This document shows positions 55,130-64,000 of a stretch of 64,000 nt of DNA, piece after piece; positions within the stretch are counted from its first letter, which is position 1; each line of letters opens with the position of its first letter. The DNA comes from Octopus vulgaris (taxonomy: Eukaryota), in NCBI GenBank assembly GCA_951406725.2, contig OX597816.1, forward strand, positions 36,952,001 to 37,016,000, read 5' to 3'. A model generated the notes under the pieces. It saw only the letters and a program-made list of their open reading frames with translations, was not told the DNA's origin and searched no databases. A program made the translations under genes and the position numbers.

Positions 55130-56280
55130 GCTACATAATGCAGGAAATCTTTTTGACAATGTTTGTTTATACTGCAAAGCTTTCAAATGGGCTGCTAAAC
55201 TGAAATCTCTATGTTGCTTTGAGGGGAAGGTAAAACTTGACAAACTACTTCTCGCTCCACCAAATATTCTTAGCTACTTCGATGTTAGACAAAAAGGAAA
55301 CAGTAGTCTCATGCAAAATATATAGGTTGCAGAGAAATCAGAGCTCCAGGATTTGGTCCTACATTTAAGGTGCAGGGAAAAGTTTATCACATGACTGGAT
55401 CGCTACTTCCCAATGACAACAACCCAAAATTTGCTCAAAACTACATCTGTGATTCAGAAAATGAACTTGAGAGTCGTCTACGGCATAGAAATTGAAACAA
55501 TGAGATTTTCAAAGCAATACAAGATCACTTCCACCAAAGAATGCATATATACGTAGTTTTAGATCAGCTATTGAAACTGAAGCTTTAAAGGATTTCGATA
55601 TTGTTCACAAAAGATATGGTAGTCTACAAACAATATATCAGTCGCATCGATCATACGATCCTCGGCATTATGTACTAATATTTCCCCGAGGGAAAGATGA
55701 ATTTCAGACAGGTTTGAAAAGGGGAAACAATCGCAAACTTTCTTTCGCCGAGTTCTATTATTATCGTTTTCAAGTTAAGGAAGTGGCTTCAAAATTGAGA
55801 TGAAAACAGGCGACTAATTCAACAACATGCTGTAGGTGCTCAGGCTAAAGTAGAGAACAGTCGTTTGACTTAGGCCAAAAATAATCTATCCGTTATACGA
55901 GCAGAAAAGCATCGGGGTCTATACGATACACTAAATAAGAATGACGCAATTAATGCAGGTAGACGAGTTGTCTTTCCTTCTTCAACCTATGGTTCTCCTA
56001 GCTTTTACAATGATTGCTTACAGAATTCAATGACTGTGGTTCGACACAAGGGAAAACCTACTTATTTCATTACAAGTATAACTAATCCTAACTGGGATGA
56101 AAAAGAAAAACGGGCTGAATCCTGGTGATGTACCTGAGACTGTCCAGATATTTATGCAAGCGGTTTCATGATAAAATATGACAGTCTCAAACATAATGTA
56201 CCCGGTAAAGTTGTTGCTCACTCTGCTACCATTCAATGGCAGAAATGAGGCCTCACCCACGCTCACATTCTGCTCATATG
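55130..56280 (+). mobile_element. Helitron Rep domain remnant
   Basis: CLYCKAFKW...CCFEGKVKL; FKVQGKVYHMTGSLLP...PKFAQ; HRSYDPRHYVLIFPRG; VFPSSTYGSP...VVRHKGKP; QWQK*GLTHAHILLI (HUH motif). Confidence 0.9.
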
Positions 56281-56485
56281 TATGGAATTAATACATAAAA
56301 TATATGCAAAGTAACTTATCTTTGTGAGACATTAAATTGCTTTGAGCATATTTCAACACATGCCTGATAAATGATATCGTTATACTGGATCATTTTCAAT
56401 TTGGGTATATTTCAAGAAGGAAGGAAACGCCACCCTCATGAGTTCTAACAGCATCAAACTTGTGTGTGTGTGTGTGTGTATGTAA

Positions 56486-56541
<56 letters not shown>

Positions 56542-56601
56542 TTATATAAGTTCTATCAATTATTAATGATAAATATATATAGCAGATTGACTCAGCTACA
56601 T

Positions 56602-56627
56602 TCTACGTACAAATTTCTGTGATGTCC

Positions 56628-56659
<32 letters not shown>

Positions 56660-56676
56660 ATTAGTTAGTTAGTTAA

Positions 56677-56713
<37 letters not shown>

Positions 56714-57052
56714 CAGTCAGTCAGTCAGTCAGTCAGTCAGTCAGTCAGTCAATTAGTTAGTCAGTCCGTCACTCAGTCAGTCAGTCACACCCTCCGTAAT
56801 AGCCATATTGTAGGTTTGCCGCTCTGGAAATTTTTTATAAATTCCTTTGTTGGTATATATCGATAAAAAGGCAGTTTTGAAGCGTCTGTTATTATTTACT
56901 ATCACAAATTTAGATATTAGTTGCCAATATTTATGTTCACTGCAGAACATGTCTTAACATTTGCTAAACAATATTAATATGTTCTGGCGAATTTTTTCTG
57001 TTTTCAATTGCAACACAGTCCCCCCACCTCTCTCTCTCTTTATCTCTCTTTC

Positions 57053-57095
<43 letters not shown>

Positions 57096-57651
57096 CTCTC
57101 TCTCTCGCTTAGTACTGTTTTCATTAACAATGATTTACTTAATATATATTCATTGCAATTTTTTCATTTCAAGCTTTATTTCGTTATTTCAGATGAGAAA
57201 ATCAGATATCTCATTGACTTAAATTCCCTGTGTAAATGCCTTCAATTTATTGTTTGTACATACTGGAAATGAATTATATTGGACAACTTATTAAAATTTA
57301 ATAATTCTTCGAACTCATATAACATATTTCCTTTCCATTGTTATCTAAGAATTATTAAGTGAATTTGTTGGTATGGCTATTTGATAAGCTACAGGTATTA
57401 AAATATCTCTGTGAGATTGCAACTATTTTTTGTACACTAAATGTAGTTAGGCTACCTTGATGTTTGTATAAGAAAGAGAAATTATGACTGTGATAAAATA
57501 ATGAAAGCAATATTTACTAAGCAAGTGAGTACTATCATAAAAAAAATAATTATTCATAAAAATCATAAACATTCTTAGTATTGAGAACAAAATGTGAAAA
57601 TACTATCAAGTAGCAAGCAGAAAACCACCCGAAGGGCGGTCTTTCTGCTAC
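56602..57651 (+). mobile_element. Candidate non-autonomous Helitron with (GTTA)n(GTCA)n and 3' hairpin
   Basis: TC start, tetranucleotide array at 56628-56787, GC-rich hairpin at 57616-57649 ending CTAC|T. Confidence 0.45.
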
Positions 57652-59766
57652 TTTATTGTAATTCAGTTATAGAATAATTGCTAAGCATTAATCATATAGA
57701 CGCTACGCCTGAGATTGAAACTGACTTATATATTTCATTGAGATCATGTCGTAAATGTAACAAAGAGGAATTAATTCGCTAGGTCAATGTATATAACTGT
57801 TAATTTTTGTTTTAATTCTCACCACATAATTTCTGCATCGGAACATTTTCCATACATTATGATAAAAAATATTCTTCTTGGAATATAAAACTATTTTTAC
57901 AGCATGAATTCTAATACTACTGTCGGGTTATACTTTTTTCAGTTGCACATAGCTGAAGTAACTTTCATATCGATGATAACCAGAATAGGAAATTTATGCC
58001 TACCACTTGAGTGCACTGTATACGGAAATATTCCTGTGGCTATATATATTGACAGGTACAAACTAAATATATTTGTTTTGTTAGTACTTTCACAATTTTT
58101 ATTTCACCATTTTTATATGCTTTATTGCACTTAAGCACTAACATTGCACTTAAGAATATGAGTTTTTATTTTATTTTATTTCATTACGCGTAGCAGTGAA
58201 ACATAAAAATCAAAACCTCTACAAATTTTATGAATAATTTTTAACTGAAGGAGTAAATTTTGAAAATTATGTTCTTTTTAGATCCAGGGTAAATTCAAAT
58301 TATCACAAAGTATTAATAATCGTTATGACAAGAGTGAAGTAAATGAACAACTAAAAATATTTTATTAAATCTAGTCTTTGTTTGTTCCTTCTCGAGCCAT
58401 GCCTGGCTCATAATGGCCGGTTTCCCGGTTTCTTGGCGTATAGGTTTCCCCACCTGGACGGGACGCCGTCCGTCGGAGGTGAGCTGCAAGATGCTGGAGG
58501 AAAGAGTGAGAGAAAGTTGTGACGAAAGAGTCAGCAGAAGTTCGCCATTACCTTCTGCCGGAGCCGCGTGGAGCTTAGGTGTTTTCGCTCATAAACACAC
58601 ACATCGCCCGGTCTGAGATTTTGTGCCTCCACAAAGTTAGTCTATAACTTATGTAGTATTATAACAAACATTACGTTATGTTGTCTATTTATATGTATAT
58701 CGCTTATGTCAATCACGCATTAGAGATAAAATTACAGATCAATAAACATAAGTTTTAATAAATTCGTTTATAAAATGATTTTGCTCTCACGACTTTTGTG
58801 TCTCTGTGGCCTCTTTATGCATATGAGATTGCGCAACTTATCAACCAAGAGGTATTTACCGGTATATCTTAATAAAATATTGTTTTTGTTTCAATGTCAT
58901 TTATTGTGTAAAGGCCTTTCCTCTACTTAGAAGTTCCTCAAAAGCATTCTGTAACACTTTAAGTGAAATGGTATGTATTAATGCTATCACTGATTTCATA
59001 GAAGACGCACTGGCTGCAGCCAGTATAAATATTATAAGTCTAAAATCAAACTATATTTCGACATTTATACAATTTTATATTAATAATTATGAAGTTAAAA
59101 TTATATAAGTTCAGTCAGATATATACATATCTATAGACTTTTATTGATTAAAAATATGATAAAAACATTCTATTCATATATATGTGTATGTGTATTTGTG
59201 TGTATATGATTGTGTGTGTGTGTTTGTGTGTGAGTTTTTGTGTGTGTATGTTTGTGTGTCTATGTGTGTGTTTGTGTATGAGTGTACATTAGGAGGCAGA
59301 GGCGCCTCAAATAAAGAAAAATGTTTTATACACATAGACGGACATATGTATAAATATTCATATATATATATATATAGGGGGGTGTATGTGTGTGTATAAC
59401 TTATATACACATATATACATCACACTCCCACACAAAAAGAGATTAATTAATTTATACGCAGAAGCAGATATCCAACTAACTTTCTACAGTATTAGTTTCA
59501 CAATAACATATAATTTATAAAACGTTGGAATAAGATATAAATATATAATTATAATAGTCATGAATGCCACAGACGCCAACCATGTCATGAGATAAATAAT
59601 AGCGTTATGAAATGTAGGTATAATGGTTCGGGTATTAGGCTCAACAGTGAGTTATGTTCTTGAGCAAGGTACTTCATTTCATGTCTGTCCGGCTTACTTA
59701 GGTAAAAATGAGCACCAGCCGAATAGTGATGCAATAAACGAAAGTATAAATATATATATATATGTA

Positions 59767-59806
<40 letters not shown>

Positions 59807-60269
59807 TGTGTGTGTGTTTGTGTGTGTGTGGAAAAAAGTCAAGGTAGGAAATGGTAAAATAATTTTATAAAAAACATAAAAACTTTCAATAGTGGTTACA
59901 GTCATTGAGACTTTTTCAACAGTAAGTATGGAAAACAATTAAATTTGAGAAAAATTAAAAGAAAGGTTTTTTAAAAGAATATTTGCATAGCATTCAAATA
60001 CAAGGGGCATTTTCTTGTTTCTGTCTGTTTCTGTGTCTCTTGTTTACTCTTGTGGGTCGTTGTGAATTCGTGGCAGAGAAGAAGAAGGAGGAGGAGGGGG
60101 AGGAGGATAAAAAGAATGAGGAAGAGGAGGAGGAGGAGGAGGAGGAGAAGAAGAAGAAGAAGAAGAAGAAGAAGAAGAATGCGAGAGTGTCATGATAGTA
60201 GTAGAATGTTATCATTCTACTATCATGTTATCATACTACTATCATGGCACTCCCGCATTCTTATATACA

Positions 60270-61132
60270 AATAAATACGATAAATGCTCATGCAGAGAAA
60301 AATCAAAATGTCCATTGATGAATCTCTGTATGAGTACACATCTTGTATATAATTGTAGCGTGCACACAAAGGGAGGGCCGTATGTATTCATTTAAATATC
60401 ATTGTCATAAACATGTCACCAGTTTTAAGACATTCAATAGGAGACATTCAACATCTTTGTCAGATTTTGTATGGCGACTGAAAGAGGATAAAATGAAGTA
60501 CATCATAATTTGGTCCATAGTAAGACAAGCGAAACCATACAATATAATTTCCTGGAGATGCCGTCTCTGCTCCGCGAAACCCCCTTCTATCCTGTGGACT
60601 AATGAGACGATCATTAATAAACTTTCGCACAATACAGTGGGAATGAATTCTGAGTAACTGTTAACATAATTTACTTTAAGGTATGGATGACTTAAGTTTA
60701 CTTTAAACCTCACCATTCTTATTAAACACCAAATAGATAGTTAACTCCCTTTGTGATCACGAGAACGCCAAACCTCACATGTGTGCATGCTCACATTTTC
60801 GCGGCTGCTTTTCCGAGGGCGTTTATACATCAATATATGTTAACAGTTATTTTTAATACATTTCTCGCTGTGTTGCGTGATCGTTTCTCTTTTTCCCATC
60901 CGTGATTTTATTTTTGATCTGTGTAAGTGAAGATATTTCCTCCGTCTCGTAGCTCTTCTTTCTACAAAACGAAAATTTATATTACGGAACTGTTATTTTA
61001 ACGAGTCGTGTCTATTTATCACCCGATGAGATACGTCTGCACCGCCCGATACCCTGAACTAGTTGTTAAGCGTCTCACCCGCGAGGAATTAATACATTCT
61101 TGTATATTCCATCGTCCGTCTTTCTTTTGCCA
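60270..61132 (+). mobile_element. Penelope-like element 3' part: decayed GIY-YIG endonuclease and terminal repeat
   Basis: KCSCREKSKCPLMNLC...LVYNCSV; HVTSFK...HSTSLSDFVWRLK...IIWSIVRQAKPY...CRLC; degenerate HHR-like motif at 61023-61068. Confidence 0.85.
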
Positions 61133-61504
61133 TACATATATAATTATTATTTGAGGGAACATTAATCCAAACTTACAGGGAAAAAAATTCAATTTAGAAA
61201 TACTAAATCAAATTTCACACAATATATCAATATATCAAACTTTTATCAATTCAAAGTGAACAATTAAGTTACACCATCTAGAAAATTACATATAAAAATT
61301 AAAGTAACAATAAAATATCAATAATTAAGTAAATAGCAAAAAAATAATAATAAACGTATATAATTGGTATATATATATATATATATATAAACATATATAT
61401 ATATAAAGTAACAAACGGAGGAAAAGCACTCCTTCAATGTGGTGTGTTGAACATCCACGTTAGTGGTACTTCAGTTGGATTCTATATAAACATTAATATT
61501 ATTC

Positions 61505-61907
61505 AATAATAAATATAGACTAAAAATAGAGATATTCTATTAACAATCCAGTAATTTATTTATATACAATATTACATTAAATACTGTGAATAGAATATAT
61601 AACATAACATAATATTATATTAATAATTATAAAAACCATAAAAGGACAACAAATTGTTTCGACATTTTTTTTCCTGATATTCATAATCACAGTTCCATTA
61701 TATATAAGTCACTGTGATTATGTATATCAGAAAATATATATATATATATAAAAGTCGAAACTATGTGTTGGCTTTTACGGTTTTTATAATTATTTATATA
61801 ATATTATGCTGTTATATATTATATTCAGAGTATTTAATGTAATATTGTAATATAAATAAATTATTGGATTGTCAATAGAATATACCTATACTTAATTTAT
61901 CTTTATA
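61505..61907. repeat. Older, diverged fold-back inverted repeat (about 190-bp arms, 17-nt spacer)
   Basis: ctgatattcataatcacagt pairs with actgtgattatgtatatcag, gtttcgac with gtcgaaac, and tattctattaacaatcc with ggattgtcaatagaata. Confidence 0.85.
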
Positions 61908-61918
61908 TACATACATAC

Positions 61919-61958
<40 letters not shown>

Positions 61959-61967
<9 letters not shown>

Positions 61968-62401
61968 TAAAAAGAATTCCAACCTTGTCTGATTTTCACG
62001 TTTTATTTACAATCTTATAATGATATATTATAAGATAATATATTATAATTGAATAAAATAAAATGAAATAGTAGAATGTTAAATATTCATTCTGATTGAA
62101 CTAGTACTTTCATGCATTGAATTCTGCAATCTTCGGGTTCATGTAGTAGTGTTGACAGTCATGCTTCACAATTTTTGACTGTCAAAAATTGTGAAGCATG
62201 ACTGTCAACACTACTACATGAACCCGAAGATTGCAGAATTCAATGCATGAAAGTACTAGTTCAATCAGAATGAATATTTAACATTCTACTATTTCATTTT
62301 ATTTTATTCAATTATAATATATTATCTTATAATATATCATTATAAGATTGTAAATAAAACGTGAAAATCAGACAAGGTTGGAATTCTTTTTATTAATATA
62401 T
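61959..62401. repeat. Perfect palindrome (221-bp arms, 1-nt centre at 62180)
   Basis: Read base by base, 61959-62179 is the exact reverse complement of 62181-62401. Confidence 0.97.
62219..62263 (+). ncRNA. Candidate minimal type I hammerhead ribozyme (U4C core variant); mirror copy at 62097-62141 (-)
   Basis: UGAAC-CCGAAGA-U-UGCA(gaauucaa)UGCA-U-GAAA-GUAC-UA-GUUCA: helix I UGAAC/GUUCA, 1-bp helix III with palindromic GUAC loop. Confidence 0.65.
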
Positions 62402-62425
62402 TCTTCTATACACAATCACACACCC

Positions 62426-62486
<61 letters not shown>

Positions 62487-62487
62487 C

Positions 62488-62943
62488 TTGACAAATGCCA
62501 AACTTCACATACCACATCCTTCCCCAGCAGTTAAAAAATGTGCACGCCCAAACTGTGGCACCTGCTCCTTCCTACTTGAAGGCTCTGAATTTATCTTCAA
62601 ACAAATAACGAAGTTTAAAATCAAGACCAACTTCTCCTGTTCCTCCGAGAACCTTATCTACGTTCTCACATGCGCCGGTTGCCAACATAATTATGTTGGA
62701 CAAACGAGCCTCCCTTTACGTAAAAGAGTAGCGGTGCATAAAGAACAAATAAATCTCCCGGAATACCGGCAAATCCCACTGAGTGACCACATAGACTCAT
62801 GCGCTAAAGACAAAAATCCCAAATTCTACATATTCCCCTTCTACCAATGTAAAGACGGAATCACCACACAGGAGAGAATTAACAAGGAGAATCTCTTTAT
62901 TGAAAAATTCAAAACGCATCTTAATATGCAAACTCCTCGTTGA
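62488..62943 (+). mobile_element. Penelope-like element GIY-YIG endonuclease domain, uninterrupted frame, 5'-truncated at (TA)n
   Basis: KKCARPNCGTC Cys motif, NLIYVLTCAGCQHNYVGQTS..LRKR...H, SDHIDSC, RINKENLFIEKF..HLN. Confidence 0.92.
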
Positions 62944-63804
62944 TCATACTTCTTTTTTCTACCTCATTCTTCATGGATGGACTAACACAAATATATAAGG
63001 ATACCATGCAGTCATCACTTCAAGCTAAAACTTATATTCTTTAATTATCATTATTATTATTGTTGTTATTATTATTATTATTGTATATGACATAACAATC
63101 TGAAATGTAATTATAAATTGGTTTATGTAAATTTATATAATTAGAAAACAATATAAATAAAGTGTTAAAATCTGAATGTTAAGTTAGCAAACAATTATAT
63201 AAAAAAAGACAATGCAAATGAAGCTAAAATGATAATTTTATGATTTAAGGTTTATTAACACCCTTTATTACAAAAAATTGATAAACCCAAATTGAAGAAC
63301 TTAAAACCCATAGAGTTGTCTCCCCTTATTCACAGGAACTGGTCTACTACTTCCTGTTTTGCCATTCACTTAAGAGCCATCCTTAATTAAATTGAACAGC
63401 ACATGGATTTAATCCCATGGATCTCAATCCTCCAAGGTAATTTTTTCAAGAACTATCATTAAACTCAAGATACACAAAGACTTTACAATGTATCGGAGTA
63501 CCTATTTTTTATTTTTTGTATATATTTATTATTATTTTTTTGAAAAAACAATGTAATTTTCTTTTTTCTCCCTCCTCAAATTTAAAACAAAAATTTTCTT
63601 TACAATTCTTGAAATGTCACATTAAGATGAAAACCGTTTTGAATTAATATATATATATTTTATCAATTTTTCAAAATTCTCCATACACCCATTTTCATTA
63701 AAAAATTTTTTCAATTTAGCATTCTGCCTTTTTATAATTTTTCCTTGCCTATCATTTTGTCCACGTGCGGTCAACACAACCCCACTATTTATTGATTTAT
63801 ATAT

Positions 63805-63858
<54 letters not shown>

Positions 63859-63902
63859 ACACACACCATGCACACAAATATATAATGTGTGTGTTATAGT
63901 TT

Positions 63903-63931
63903 ATAGATAGATAGATAGATAGATAGATAGG

Positions 63932-63976
<45 letters not shown>

Positions 63977-64000
63977 GATGGATGGATGGATGGATGGATG
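63903..64000. repeat. (GATA)n/(GATG)n microsatellite
   Basis: Seen directly. Confidence 0.97.

Overview
This is AT-rich eukaryotic DNA saturated with microsatellites and transposon debris, and I could not support any host protein-coding exon, so it is probably intronic or intergenic. The SINE families and repeat content suggest a coleoid cephalopod (Octopus); that is an inference from recalled repeat families, not a database result. Recognisable elements are three tRNA-type SINE families, several R4/Dong-like REL-endonuclease LINEs sitting in (TAA)n, Tx1/L1-like and RTE LINE fragments, three mariner remnants, a Charlie/SPIN-type hAT, a Gypsy gag with a tRNA-Pro PBS, a Helitron Rep remnant, and Penelope-like element (PLE) RT and GIY-YIG fragments. 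The most striking signal is six fold-back palindromes with 52-221 bp arms, mostly in or beside (TA)n tracts. Several of them carry whole or half minimal type I hammerhead ribozyme (HHR) motifs with palindromic helix III, as known for PLE terminal repeats. One palindrome is perfect (221-bp arms, 1-nt loop). Arm mismatches in the four counted imperfect palindromes are almost all transversion-type, unlike two dispersed SINE copies in the same window. There is also a 75-bp tandem array whose units carry the POU octamer ATGCAAAT, nested inside a split mariner. Most ORFs in the supplied track are microsatellite artefacts.
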